In this document: positions 9,196-18,797 of the stretch, one piece after another
Layout of the letters: each line of letters starts with the position of its first letter
How positions within the stretch are numbered: the first letter of the stretch is position 1
Assembly (NCBI GenBank): GCA_039180385.1
Contig: JBCDDJ010000001.1
Location: 1 to 57,044 of the forward strand
DNA from: Cyanobacteria bacterium P01_G01_bin.38
Lineage (GTDB): Bacteria > Cyanobacteriota > Cyanobacteriia > Phormidesmidales > Phormidesmidaceae
Reading direction: 5' to 3'
DNA: 57,044 bases
Notes under the pieces: generated by a model
The model's input: only the letters and a program-made list of their open reading frames with translations
The model's database searches: none
What the model was told of the DNA's origin: nothing
Position numbers and translations under genes: made by a program

Positions 9196-9240
9196 CTCCC
9201 GCTGCTTAATCGTATGAGTAGTGGGAGTTTCTTTTTGTTG
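9196..9240 (+). terminator. possible intrinsic terminator downstream of the NblA-like ORF
   Basis: CTCCC (9196-9200) pairs with GGGAG (9223-9227) and is followed by TTTCTTTTTG. The loop is long (22 nt), so this is weak. Confidence 0.3.
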
Positions 9241-9352
9241 GAGTTTTTTGAAACAGTTTGAATTTTGATATCGTCCTTCATCAAATCAAACTGGAAATCA
9301 AACAGTAAACTGTCACGCTTGAGTCATCACCCCCCCTTTATGGATCAACAAA

Positions 9353-11293
9353 ATGCCTGTTAAAAATAAGCCTACGACTCCCCGCTTTCGTCCTTTTAAT
9401 AATATTTTTCTCATCCTGGGCGTGATATTTCTGGTGGCCAATTTTGTTGTGCCGTCTATCTTAGGTCCTCAAGTTCCTGCTGTTCCTTACAGTTTGTTTA
9501 TTCATCAGGTGCAGGAAGGGCAGGTTGACCGGGTGCAAATCGCCCAAAATCAAATTCGTTATCAGCTCAAGCCGGAAGTGGCAACAGGCTTAGGCGAGGC
9601 AGATGAGCCCGGTACTCAAGTCTTGTCCACCACGCCCATTTTTGACCTGAGTTTGCCCAAGTTGCTGGAAGAACAAGGGGTAGAATTTGCCGCCGCACCG
9701 CCTCCCAAGAATGGCTGGATCGGCAATGTCTTAAGTTGGGTGATTCCGCCGCTGATTTTTGTGGGTATCTGGCAGTTTTTTATTCGCCGGGGCAGTGGTG
9801 GGGGCGGCCCCCAGGGGATGCTCTCGATTGGTAAGAGCAAAGCCAAAGTCTACGTCGAAGGCGAAGCTGCAAAGACGACCTTTGCCGATGTGGCTGGCGT
9901 GGAGGAGGCCAAGGCCGAGCTGGTGGAGATTGTGGATTTCCTGAAGACTCCAGGCCGCTACACCCAGATTGGCGCGCGCATTCCGAAGGGGGTGCTGCTA
10001 GTGGGGCCACCGGGTACGGGCAAAACGTTGCTAGCGAAAGCCGTAGCCGGGGAAGCCGGGGTGCCCTTCTTTAGCATTTCGGGCTCTGAATTTGTGGAGA
10101 TGTTTGTGGGGGTAGGGTCTTCGCGGGTGCGGGATCTGTTTGAGCAGGCGAAAAAGCAGGCTCCTTGCATTGTCTTCATTGATGAGTTGGATGCAATTGG
10201 TAAGTCCCGCAGCAGCAGTGGCTTTTACGGTGGCAATGACGAACGGGAGCAAACGCTGAATCAACTGCTCTCGGAAATGGATGGCTTTGCCGCTGAAGAT
10301 GCCACGGTGATTGTGCTGGCAGCCACCAACCGCCCCGAAATTCTCGACCCGGCACTGCTGCGCCCTGGTCGATTCGATCGCCAGGTGCTAGTTGATCGCC
10401 CTGCCCTATCGGGTCGCGAAGCCATTCTCAAGATTCATGCGCAGACGGTGAAGCTGGGGGACGATGTTGATTTGCGGACGATCGCTACCCGCACCCCCGG
10501 ATTTGCCGGAGCAGACCTAGCCAACTTGGTGAATGAAGCCGCATTGCTGGCCGCCCGCAATGGGCGAGCAGCCGTCGCTCAAGCTGATTTTGCGGAAGCG
10601 ATCGAGCGCGTGGTCGCCGGGTTAGAAAAGAAAAGCCGCGTCCTCAACGACAAGGAAAAGAAAATCGTCGCCTACCACGAAGTCGGCCATGCCCTGGTGG
10701 CGTCGCTGATGCCGGGGGGCGGGCGGGTAGAAAAGATCTCTATCGTCTCCCGCGGCATGGCTGCTCTGGGCTACACTCTGCAACTGCCAACAGAAGATCG
10801 CTTCTTGATGGACGAAGCAGAACTGCGGGGACAAATTGCCACCCTGCTCGGGGGGCGATCGGCGGAAGAGATCGTGTTTAACAGCATCACCACGGGGGCC
10901 ACCAACGATTTGCAGCGGGCGACGGATCTGGCCGAGCAAATGGTCACCACCTTCGGCATGAGTAAAGTGCTGGGACCCCTGGCCTATCAGCAGGGCATCC
11001 AACCCATGTTTCTCGAAAGCGGCATGCCCAATGCCCGCCGCTCCATGAGTGAAGAAACTGCTCAATCGATCGATCGCGAAGTCAAGGAAATTGTCGAAAC
11101 CGCCCATCAGCAGGCCCTGGCAACCATTCGCAACAACCGCGACCTGATGGAAACCATCACCCTGCAGCTTTTAGAAACCGAAGCGATCGAAGGGGAGATG
11201 CTATATCAGTTGCTCCATCAAGTGCAGGCTGCACCGACTTCTCTAGGCCCCCACTCCCCCATGCCCACGCCCACGCCCGCTCATCATTCCTAA
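9353..11293 (+). CDS. ftsH: ATP-dependent zinc metalloprotease FtsH
   Basis: Two N-terminal TM helices, Walker A GPPGTGKT, Walker B IVFIDELD, second region of homology, HEVGHAL zinc site. Confidence 0.95.
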   Translation: MPVKNKPTTPRFRPFNNIFLILGVIFLVANFVVPSILGPQVPAVPYSLFIHQVQEGQVDRVQIAQNQIRYQLKPEVATGLGEADEPGTQVLSTTPIFDLSLPKLLEEQGVEFAAAPPPKNGWIGNVLSWVIPPLIFVGIWQFFIRRGSGGGGPQGMLSIGKSKAKVYVEGEAAKTTFADVAGVEEAKAELVEIVDFLKTPGRYTQIGARIPKGVLLVGPPGTGKTLLAKAVAGEAGVPFFSISGSEFVEMFVGVGSSRVRDLFEQAKKQAPCIVFIDELDAIGKSRSSSGFYGGNDEREQTLNQLLSEMDGFAAEDATVIVLAATNRPEILDPALLRPGRFDRQVLVDRPALSGREAILKIHAQTVKLGDDVDLRTIATRTPGFAGADLANLVNEAALLAARNGRAAVAQADFAEAIERVVAGLEKKSRVLNDKEKKIVAYHEVGHALVASLMPGGGRVEKISIVSRGMAALGYTLQLPTEDRFLMDEAELRGQIATLLGGRSAEEIVFNSITTGATNDLQRATDLAEQMVTTFGMSKVLGPLAYQQGIQPMFLESGMPNARRSMSEETAQSIDREVKEIVETAHQQALATIRNNRDLMETITLQLLETEAIEGEMLYQLLHQVQAAPTSLGPHSPMPTPTPAHHS

Positions 11294-11320
11294 TCACAAC
11301 TGACGTTGTTGGAGGTTCAC

Positions 11321-11617
11321 ATGGCTACGTCAACCAAAGGTACCCTCGTCACCATTATTGGCGAAGCGGTTTTGCAGGAACGCTTGATTCATCTATTCAC
11401 CCAGCTCAACGTGTCGGGCTATACACTGATTCCCGCTAAGGGAGCGGGTAGTCATGGCAGACGCATGGGCGATATTGCGGGCTACAATACCAACATTGAA
11501 ATCAAAACCATCGTCAATTCAACCATTGCTGACCAGTTGTTAGAGGCCTTAGTGCCCTTTAAAGCGACCCACGCGCTGATCGCCTTTCGGCAAGACGTAG
11601 AAGGTTCATTTGATTGA
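11321..11617 (+). CDS. PII-like (GlnB-fold) small protein
   Basis: 98 aa, LVTIIGEAVLQERL...GYTLIPAKGAGSHGRR...NIEIKTIV pattern typical of PII-like proteins. GGAGG lies 5 nt upstream of the ATG at 11321 (the ORF-track TTG at 11306 is rejected). Sits directly upstream of a P-type ATPase. Confidence 0.5.
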   Translation: MATSTKGTLVTIIGEAVLQERLIHLFTQLNVSGYTLIPAKGAGSHGRRMGDIAGYNTNIEIKTIVNSTIADQLLEALVPFKATHALIAFRQDVEGSFD

Positions 11618-11683
11618 GCGGCAGTGGATTCGTGTTCCCGCCCATCAGAGTCACGACCAGTCCCCAATCAATCGGCATACACT

Positions 11684-14503
11684 ATGAGCCCCTGGTACCG
11701 TTTAGACGCTGCCGACGTGCTACAGCAGCTAGAAACCAGCCTTGCTCAAGGATTGAGCTCATCAGAAGTGACTCATCGCTTGCAGCAACACGGTCCGAAC
11801 GAACTGACCGAGCAATCGGGAGAAACGCTTTGGCAACTTTTATGGAAGCAGTTAACCGCCGTCATGGTGGTGGTGCTCATTGTGGCAGCCCTGATCTCTC
11901 TGGCGCTGCAAGACTACATTAACGCCACCGCCATTTTTGCCATTGTGGCGTTTAATGCCATTTTGGGCTTGCGGCAAGAGTATCAGGCCGGACAAGCGAT
12001 CGCCGCCCTCAAAAAACTCGCCGTTTCCACTGTGAAAGTCCGTCGTGATCGTCGCGTCCAGGAAATCTCCGCGCGGCAACTCGTTCCCGGCGACATTGTC
12101 CTGCTGGAAACGGGTAACCTGGTGGCGGCAGACTATCGCCTGCTGGAAACCGCTAACCTTCGCATTCAGGAATCTTCTCTGACGGGCGAGTCGGCCCCAA
12201 CGGATAAATACAGTCAGCCCTTGACAACCGCCGGGTTAATGGCTGACCGGCCTCAGACCGAACCTGCCCTGGCCGATCGCCCCACCATGGCTTACATGGG
12301 CACCACCATTACCTATGGTCGGGGCGTGGGCGTCGTCACCGAAACCGGTAATCAAACGGAACTCGGGCAAATAGCCACGGCGATTCAAACTGTTAAAACT
12401 AAACCGACCCCTCTAGAGCAGCGACTCGATCACCTGGGAGTGCGGCTGGCCATCATTACCCTGGTGCTGGTGGCGGTCATTTTTGGGTTAGGGCTGCTAC
12501 GGGGAGAAGCGCTATCGCTGATGTTCTTGATTGCGGTCAGCCTCGCCGTGGCCGCCGTTCCCGAAGGCTTACCGGCTGTGGTCACCATCACCCTGGCCCT
12601 GGGAGCCAAACGGATGTTGAAACAGCAGGGCTTGATTCGCAAACTCCCCGCTGTAGAAACCTTGGGGTCGGTGGCGGTAATTTGTTCAGATAAGACCGGT
12701 ACCCTCACCCAAAATCGGATGACGGCGACGTTTTTAGCGGTGGCGGGGCAGCGGGTTGATTTAACGAACCCCTTGGGGCGCGAGGCGATCGACACTTTTG
12801 ATGATCTATCCCGTCTGCTGCAAGAGGAGCCGACCCTGGCCTGGCTGCTCACGGGTGCTGTCCTCTGCAACGATGCCCTGCTGGAGCCCCATCCCGACAT
12901 TCCCCATCAGCTGCATACTGTGGGAGATCCCACCGAAGGGGCGTTGGTGATGACCGCTGCCCGTTTGGGGTTGGGTAAAGCCACCCTGGAGCAAGTTCTC
13001 CCTCGCGTGGCAGAGCAGCCTTTTGAGGCCGATCGCAAACGGATGACCACGGTTCACCCCTTGCCAACTGAGTCAATGCCGTTGCCCCCAGCTCTCGCCA
13101 TCCTCGTGTCTGAAGTTCACAGCTTAGGCGATGCGACCTGTATTGCTTTTACCAAAGGCAGCGTGGATAGTCTGCTGACGGTTTCTAGCCACGTCTGGGC
13201 CAAAGGACGACCGCGCCCCCTCGATCAGGTCCTGCGGCAAAAAATCCGGGCAGACAATGCCCAACTGGCCCAGAACGGGATGCGGGTTTTGGGTATCGGC
13301 TTCCGCCTGCTCGATACTCAGATTGTGGATCGGCAGGGTCACCTGGCGAGGGGAGCCGTGCTTGAAGAGCAGCTCACCTTCATCGGTCTGGTGGGCATTA
13401 TCGACCCCGTTCGTCCAGAGGTGAAAGCGGCGGTGTTGACCTGCCAAACTGCCGGTATTCGACCCATCATGATTACGGGCGATCATCCCCTCACAGCTCA
13501 ATCCATCGCGCGGGAATTGGGGATTGTTCCCAACGAGACGATCCTCACCGGGCCAGAGCTATCTCAACTCTCGATCCCGGTGTTGACCCAGCAAGTCAAT
13601 GAGGTCTCGGTTTACGCGCGGGTGTCGCCGCAGCATAAGTTAGACATTGTGCAGGCGCTGCAAAGCCAGGGCCATATCGTCGCGATGACGGGGGATGGGG
13701 TGAATGATGCCCCAGCGCTCAAACAAGCTGATATCGGCATCGCGATGGGCATCACGGGGACTGATGTCGCTAAAGACGCCGCCGATATGGTGTTGTTGGA
13801 TGACAACTTTGCCACCATTGTTGCGGCGATTAGAGAAGGGCGCGTTATCTACGACAATATCCGCAAGTTCATCAACTACACCCTGACGGGCAACGCCGGA
13901 GAACTCTGGGTCATTCTGCTGGCTCCCTTTCTGGGAATGCCGCTACCCTTGATTCCCCTGCAAATTTTGTGGGTGAACCTATTGGCGGATGGTATCCTGG
14001 CCCTGGCGTTGAGTGTGGAACCGCCTGAACGGAACATCATGCAGCGATCGCCTCGACGCCCTACGGAGAGTATCTTTAGCCGGGGCGTGGGGCTCAATAT
14101 TATCGGCGTGGGGCTCTTGCTGGGTCTGGTGTTACTGGCGATCGCCAACACCTACTGGTCAACCGGACAGGCGAGTTGGCAAACCATGGTGTTCACGACG
14201 CTCGCGTTCTCCCGCGTCGCGCTCGCGGAGACGATGCGATCGGAACGGGATTCGTTTTTCCACCTGGGGCTATTGTCCAATCGACCGCTCTTAGGCGCGG
14301 TGGCACTGACTGTAGGGCTGCAAATGCTCGTGATTTATAGTCCCCTGTTGCAACCCATCTTCCAAACGACAGCGCTTTCGGCGATCGATCTCGCCATTAG
14401 CCTAGTGTTGAGCACGGTCGTCTTTTGGGCCATCGAACTCCAGAAATGGGTAGTTCGATGGCAGTCACGCACACACAACCCAACCGTCGTGCCTAGCACC
14501 TGA
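11684..14503 (+). CDS. cation-transporting P-type ATPase (P2 / Ca2+-ATPase-like)
   Basis: TGES, phosphorylation motif CSDKTGTLT, TGDGVNDAPAL, multiple C-terminal TM helices. The start at the ATG of MSPWYRLDA... (cation-ATPase N-terminal domain) is preferred over 11624. Confidence 0.9.
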   Translation: MSPWYRLDAADVLQQLETSLAQGLSSSEVTHRLQQHGPNELTEQSGETLWQLLWKQLTAVMVVVLIVAALISLALQDYINATAIFAIVAFNAILGLRQEYQAGQAIAALKKLAVSTVKVRRDRRVQEISARQLVPGDIVLLETGNLVAADYRLLETANLRIQESSLTGESAPTDKYSQPLTTAGLMADRPQTEPALADRPTMAYMGTTITYGRGVGVVTETGNQTELGQIATAIQTVKTKPTPLEQRLDHLGVRLAIITLVLVAVIFGLGLLRGEALSLMFLIAVSLAVAAVPEGLPAVVTITLALGAKRMLKQQGLIRKLPAVETLGSVAVICSDKTGTLTQNRMTATFLAVAGQRVDLTNPLGREAIDTFDDLSRLLQEEPTLAWLLTGAVLCNDALLEPHPDIPHQLHTVGDPTEGALVMTAARLGLGKATLEQVLPRVAEQPFEADRKRMTTVHPLPTESMPLPPALAILVSEVHSLGDATCIAFTKGSVDSLLTVSSHVWAKGRPRPLDQVLRQKIRADNAQLAQNGMRVLGIGFRLLDTQIVDRQGHLARGAVLEEQLTFIGLVGIIDPVRPEVKAAVLTCQTAGIRPIMITGDHPLTAQSIARELGIVPNETILTGPELSQLSIPVLTQQVNEVSVYARVSPQHKLDIVQALQSQGHIVAMTGDGVNDAPALKQADIGIAMGITGTDVAKDAADMVLLDDNFATIVAAIREGRVIYDNIRKFINYTLTGNAGELWVILLAPFLGMPLPLIPLQILWVNLLADGILALALSVEPPERNIMQRSPRRPTESIFSRGVGLNIIGVGLLLGLVLLAIANTYWSTGQASWQTMVFTTLAFSRVALAETMRSERDSFFHLGLLSNRPLLGAVALTVGLQMLVIYSPLLQPIFQTTALSAIDLAISLVLSTVVFWAIELQKWVVRWQSRTHNPTVVPST

Positions 14504-14674
14504 CTGATTGAGCCACAATCAAGTAGTCGTAGTTCAATCTATTTCTTTCGATAGAGCGCTCAAGCAACGAATCCACCCCGTACTCAAACATCAGGCTGTC
14601 ATACTCAGTTTTGTTAGCCGTCCATTCGTGACAAATGCTACGACTAGCCATTCACAAATTCAGGTAATAAACCT

Positions 14675-15076
14675 ATGGCTAATATCATTGATACCGCCAC
14701 CGGTTCAGATGATTTCAATACCCTAGTCACCGCGATTCAAGCCGCTGACTTAGTCAAAACTCTCAAAGGAAAAGGACCTTTCACAGTCTTTGCTCCAACG
14801 GATGCAGCCTTTGCCAAACTGCCCAAGGGTGCTTTAGACGGGCTACTTAAAGACACTCCCAAGCTCAAGAAAATTCTCACGTATCATGTTGTCTCTGGGC
14901 AGGTGATGGCAGCTGATGTCGTTAAGCTGAAATCAGCTAAAACCGTCGAAGGTTCAGATGTTAAAATTGACGCTTCTGAAGGCGTCAAGATTAATGACTC
15001 AACTGTAACAACTGCGGATGTAACTGCTGATAACGGCGTTATCCACGCCATCGATACTGTCCTCATGCCTGCATAA
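14675..15076 (+). CDS. fasciclin (FAS1) domain protein
   Basis: [17 protein letters not shown] and [11 protein letters not shown] motifs. 133 aa. Confidence 0.85.
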   Translation: MANIIDTATGSDDFNTLVTAIQAADLVKTLKGKGPFTVFAPTDAAFAKLPKGALDGLLKDTPKLKKILTYHVVSGQVMAADVVKLKSAKTVEGSDVKIDASEGVKINDSTVTTADVTADNGVIHAIDTVLMPA

Positions 15077-15158
15077 GCGACTGCCCTGGGAAGCGCGATC
15101 GCTTTCTCGGGGCAACTGGCAATGTCGAGTTACGAGAATAGCTAGTTCTCATATTGAT

Positions 15159-16052
15159 TTGCGTTATTTCAACTATCAAAACATTGAGACTCCAAATTTG
15201 AAAAGCAAAAATATAGTCGGCAGCAAGCTCTTAGTACCGCTCATCATAGTCGCATCTGTCATCCTTGTGGGACTGAATTGTTTCGTGGTTCTCAATCCTG
15301 GTCAAGCTGGGGTGATCAGCATTTTAGGTAAGGCTAGAGATGGTGTGCTGTTAGAAGGAATTCACTTTAAGCCACCGTTTGTTTCTGTCGTAGACATTTA
15401 TGACCTCACAGTACAAAAATTTGAAGTTCCGGCCCAAAGTTCGACGAAGGATCTACAAGATTTAACAGCTCGATTTGCCATTAATTTCCGTCTTGATCCC
15501 CTCGTTGTCGTCGAGATTCGTCGAACCCAAGGAACATTAGCGAATATCGTTTCTAAAATTATTGCGCCCCAAACCCAGGAATCCTTTAAGATTGCTGCGG
15601 CGCGACGAACCGTCGAAGAAGCGATCACGAAACGGAACGAGCTTAAACAAGATTTTGATGAAGCACTCAGCCAGCGCTTAGACAAATATGGCATTCTCGT
15701 TTTAGACACCAGTGTCGTCGATTTAGACTTTTCCCCCGAATTTGCCAAAGCGGTAGAAGAAAAGCAAATTGCTGAGCAACGAGCAAAAAGAGCCATTTAT
15801 GTCGCTCAAGAAGCCGAGCAAACAGCCCAAGCGGATATCAATCGGGCCAAAGGTAAAGCCGAAGCACAGCGATTACTGGCAGAAACCCTAAAAGCCCAAG
15901 GTGGGCAACTGGTTCTACAAAAAGAAGCCATTCAAGCTTGGAAAGCAGGCGGATCACAAATGCCGAAAGTCTTAGTAATGGGCGGAGATGAAAAGGCCGG
16001 TGTTCCTTTCCTGTTTAATTTAAGCAATATTGAGCAGTTTCGTGAAAAGTAG
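15159..16052 (+). CDS. SPFH / prohibitin (band 7) family protein
   Basis: N-terminal TM helix followed by an SPFH domain and a coiled-coil tail (EKQIAEQRAKRAIYVAQEAEQ...AEAQRL). Start uncertain: TTG at 15159 or TTG at about 15195. Confidence 0.8.
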   Translation: MRYFNYQNIETPNLKSKNIVGSKLLVPLIIVASVILVGLNCFVVLNPGQAGVISILGKARDGVLLEGIHFKPPFVSVVDIYDLTVQKFEVPAQSSTKDLQDLTARFAINFRLDPLVVVEIRRTQGTLANIVSKIIAPQTQESFKIAAARRTVEEAITKRNELKQDFDEALSQRLDKYGILVLDTSVVDLDFSPEFAKAVEEKQIAEQRAKRAIYVAQEAEQTAQADINRAKGKAEAQRLLAETLKAQGGQLVLQKEAIQAWKAGGSQMPKVLVMGGDEKAGVPFLFNLSNIEQFREK

Positions 16053-16231
16053 TTCTCTTGGCTCTGTTTCAAAAAGATCAAAAAGAGGTAAGAGCGCTGG
16101 GGATCTGACACTGACTATGCAGCCACCTTGAGCCCTCGTTCGAGAATCATTTGACGTAGTCATAGGATACGGGTAGATGTTGATATCTTTCTGATTTCTT
16201 TGCTGGGTTGATCAGAACCGATTTTAATTAT

Positions 16232-17017
16232 TCAAGGGTTAACAGCCTTCACCCAAACCTGCATATTAGTGAGTGTTAATAGGCCGAATTGATTAGCGAG
16301 AGCGACATCGGCTGCATCGCGGCCATAGGCGATCGCAATCCGATTGCCCCGAGGTTCCGCTTGGGTGGCGTCAAAGGTATACCAGCGATTGCCCACAAAC
16401 GCTTCAAACCAGGCATGGAGATCCATCGGTTCGAGCTGATAGAGGTAGCCCACCACCATACGAGCGGGAATCGTCAGGCTGCGGCAAAGGGCCATACCCA
16501 GATGGACAAAATCGCGGCAGACGCCCTGACGGGTTTCTTGGGTATCGATCGCTGAGGTGGAGGCATCACTCGTCTCGTACTGATAGTCAATATGGTCATG
16601 AATCCAACACCGAATCGCTTCGACCTGGTCATAGCCGGAGTCAATGCCCGCTACAATCTCATTAGCCAACTCACCCAGCAAATCGGCTTGGCAATATCGA
16701 CTTGGCAAGAGAAAGTGCAGCACATCGTCCGGCAAAGACTGAACGGGGACGAAGGCGGCACTTGAATTGACGTCGATCGTGTCAGCGGTATCAGCGGTAA
16801 CTGTAGCGGTGATCTGAAACTTCCCTGGAGGTACCAGTAGGCGATCGCAAACATTGCCGTAGAGATCGAAATATTCGATTGTTGGCAAGTTAGGCTCAAT
16901 CTGCCATTGGTCAGCAATGATCGTTTGGCTTGCCCCGCTCCGAGGCCGTAGCATGAGGATCAGCGGCGACAGCGCTTGCGCTTCAAAATTCAGCTGGCAC
17001 CCGGCAGTTAATCGCAT
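16232..17017 (-). CDS. transglutaminase-like family protein
   Basis: Cys-His-Asp core context: QGVCRDFVHLGMALCRSLTIPARMVVGY ... HAWFEAFVGNRWYTFDAT. Confidence 0.85.
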   Translation of the reverse strand: MRLTAGCQLNFEAQALSPLILMLRPRSGASQTIIADQWQIEPNLPTIEYFDLYGNVCDRLLVPPGKFQITATVTADTADTIDVNSSAAFVPVQSLPDDVLHFLLPSRYCQADLLGELANEIVAGIDSGYDQVEAIRCWIHDHIDYQYETSDASTSAIDTQETRQGVCRDFVHLGMALCRSLTIPARMVVGYLYQLEPMDLHAWFEAFVGNRWYTFDATQAEPRGNRIAIAYGRDAADVALANQFGLLTLTNMQVWVKAVNP

Positions 17018-17520
17018 ACATTCTCGCTGTGAATAGCTGGGGAGGGTTGGCGGCTGGAGTGATCGTCGGCTTGACGTCGGACTTCTGCTTCAATCTGGGT
17101 TTGAAATCGGTTGAGGCTATCGACAAGGTTTTCCTCTAGCCAGCGATCGAGGCCCATTTTCTCTAATCCCTTACCGACGATGCCCCCCGGTAAGGCAAAC
17201 GCAAGGGTGAGGCGAAGCCGACAGCCGCGATCGCTGGGAAAAAATTCGGCCTTGCCCTGATTGCGGAGTCCCGAAACTGATTTCCAGGCAATGAGTCTTC
17301 CTGGAATACGCTGTTCAATGCGAGACACCCATTCGACGATGAGGGGAAATCTCACCCCAAACTGCCAGCGCCAGAGGTCAGTCTCGCCGGGTAATGGTTT
17401 GACACTTTTGACCAAAGGCATCCAGCCAGGGACATTTTCTAGGTTGTTCCAAAGGGCGTAAACTTGCTCTACTGAGCAGGCCACGTCAACCTCAACTTGG
17501 CGTTCGAGCATTAACGACGG
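17008..17520 (-). CDS. SRPBCC (cyclase/dehydrase-like) family protein
   Basis: VEQVYALWNNLENVPGWMPLVKSV...WRW...WVSRIE...IAWKS is typical of SRPBCC ligand-binding proteins. I prefer the internal start MPSLMLERQ at 17520 to 17592. Confidence 0.65.
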   Translation of the reverse strand, partial: PSLMLERQVEVDVACSVEQVYALWNNLENVPGWMPLVKSVKPLPGETDLWRWQFGVRFPLIVEWVSRIEQRIPGRLIAWKSVSGLRNQGKAEFFPSDRGCRLRLTLAFALPGGIVGKGLEKMGLDRWLEENLVDSLNRFQTQIEAEVRRQADDHSSRQPSPAIHSENVCD

Positions 17521-17769
17521 CATCCACAACCTCCATCCGAGCAGTTGAGCAATCGTACAGTTAGGATTTTGGTTACACTTGAATTTAGACAACTCATTCA
17601 GTATGGCGGATTTTTTGAATACGAAGACGACCTAGGCCAATATCTACCTTGACCTGAGTCCGTTCAATCCCGGATGGAATAGCATTCGCTAGAATCGGGC
17701 GACACTGGCAAATCTGGGAAGATCACCTCAAATATCCAAATTTGGGCCAAGTAAGAGGCAGGCTGCTGA

Positions 17770-18374
17770 GATGGGGCGCAAGGGCTTGCGCAAAGCAGTG
17801 ACTTGGGCTTGCAGCAAGCGTTTGGACGAGGGCGGTGTGCGGAGCAATCGGTGATACAGCAAACCCTCGATGCCAGTAGCGCTGAGCCGTAGAGTAGATG
17901 CATCGTGCGATGGATATGATTTATCGCAATTACTCTCAAGGCTATTGTCATGACTATGAGCAGGCATTGCAAGTGCTAGATATAGATATGAATGGACAAT
18001 CATGTGGGGCGAAAGCCGCATTTGCCGCCAAGGGGTATTTTGAGGGCAAGCGCAATCGTCGAGGCAGATAACTGGGCCGAGTGCTGACGACCCGCTATGA
18101 GGAAATCGTGGTGGAGCGAGTATTTGAGGCAAAGCCCAACTCAGCAGCACTTTGCAACCACTGCTGAGTACGGCTGAGCATACCTTAGAGATAGACCAGT
18201 TGCATGAGCGACACTGCCCGCATCCTGGTTCGGGTCGATAGTGTTGGTGGGTCTCAAGCGGATGTCAATTGGCTGTTGGCTCAAGGCTATCTGATTTTGA
18301 CCAAAGACTACTGCACCAAACGCGCCCGTAAACTGGCCCAGAGTGTAGCTAGTTGGTACGACGACCCAACTTAA
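17770..18374 (+). pseudogene. decayed IS4-superfamily transposase remnant
   Basis: Plus-strand reading gives ...LGLQQAFGRGRCAEQSVIQQTLDASSAEP* ... YEQALQVLDIDMNGQSCGAKAAFAAKGYFEGKRNRRGR*LGRVLTTRYEEIVVERVF... MSDTARILVRVDSVGGSQADVNWLLAQGYLILTKDYCTKRARKLAQSV, broken by several stops and frame changes. The blocks match conserved blocks of a cyanobacterial transposase family recalled from memory. Confidence 0.5.
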
Positions 18375-18495
18375 CGTATCTACAACTAGCTGAACGACTC
18401 CTCACAAGAGGTCACACAAACATCTCAGTTCGTCAAGTTGATGGAGCAGTCGGCAGGTTAAGCAATATTTCGCTACCAGTATCAACAGTGGACAA

Positions 18496-18735
18496 GATCC
18501 CGATGTGGTGATCAGACCAATGCCCCTTCTAAGGTTGCCGAAGCCATTCAGGTCGCCCATAAGATCCTACACATCGTATGGCAAAATATCATTCTGTCAA
18601 TGGCAGTCAAAGGGAATTTTTATCGCCCTGGGTGCAATCGGCATTGCCACTCTCTGGGAAGCCGTTTTTGCCGATGTGGGCGTATCGCTGCTAGACATTC
18701 TGAATGCCAGTCGTATTATCCGCGATTCGCAATAG
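18496..18735 (+). pseudogene. 3'-terminal remnant of a heavy-metal (CadA/ZntA-type) P1B ATPase with at least 2 frameshifts
   Basis: Three pieces in shifting frames: DPDVVI / SKVAEAIQVAHKILHIVWQNIILSMAVKG / GIFIALGAIGIATLWEAVFADVGVSLLDILNASRIIR. These correspond to the last two TM helices of P1B ATPases (canonical ...IRQNI.F.L.VK..F..L...G.A.LW.AVFAD.G.SLLV..NALRLL). Confidence 0.6.
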
Positions 18736-18797
18736 TTGATGACGATTGTAGCTCACCGAGATTTGTTAGAGTTGGCTCCTGATCATGCTTCTGGATA

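Noticed and set aside
9616-11107. Several ORFs of 60-160 aa antisense to or out of frame with ftsH (for example 10622-11107, 9780-10010, 9958-10179).
   Set aside because: They lie entirely inside a gene with unambiguous FtsH motifs. Their translations are Arg/Pro/Gly-rich shadow frames typical of GC-rich coding DNA.
11852-14294. Antisense and alternative-frame ORFs within the P-type ATPase gene (12430-12900, 13124-13501, 14013-14294 and others), plus the 11614-11922 ORF.
   Set aside because: These are shadow ORFs inside a gene with DKTGTLT and TGDGVNDAPAL motifs, and they have no independent signals.
15087-15095. The 9-mer TGGGAAGCG is shared with the tRNA 3' flank.
   Set aside because: Chance expectation is several hits. 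Using it as a boundary would place HIP1-rich housekeeping-like genes inside the element.
17656-17666. 11-nt identity (GAGTCCGTTCA) to the T-arm/acceptor part of tRNA-Gly, considered as a possible distal att repeat.
   Set aside because: It is in the opposite orientation to the tRNA gene, so it cannot be a direct repeat. Among about 60 possible 11-mers searched on two strands of 57 kb, one chance hit is expected. It might be part of an unrelated tRNA-like remnant (TCCG-TTCAATC-CCGGA).
17664-18150. Minus-strand ORFs of 102 and 140 aa in the junction region.
   Set aside because: The plus strand of the same DNA reads as recognisable, though broken, transposase blocks. The minus-strand translations are Cys/Pro/Ser/Arg-rich nonsense.
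18391-18400. TGAACG-ACTC in the correct orientation resembles TGAACGGACTC of the tRNA 3' half, making it a possible degenerate attR.
   Set aside because: Only about 11 of 19 positions match, with a gap. That is too weak to call without a proper search. It is noted only as the best candidate I saw.
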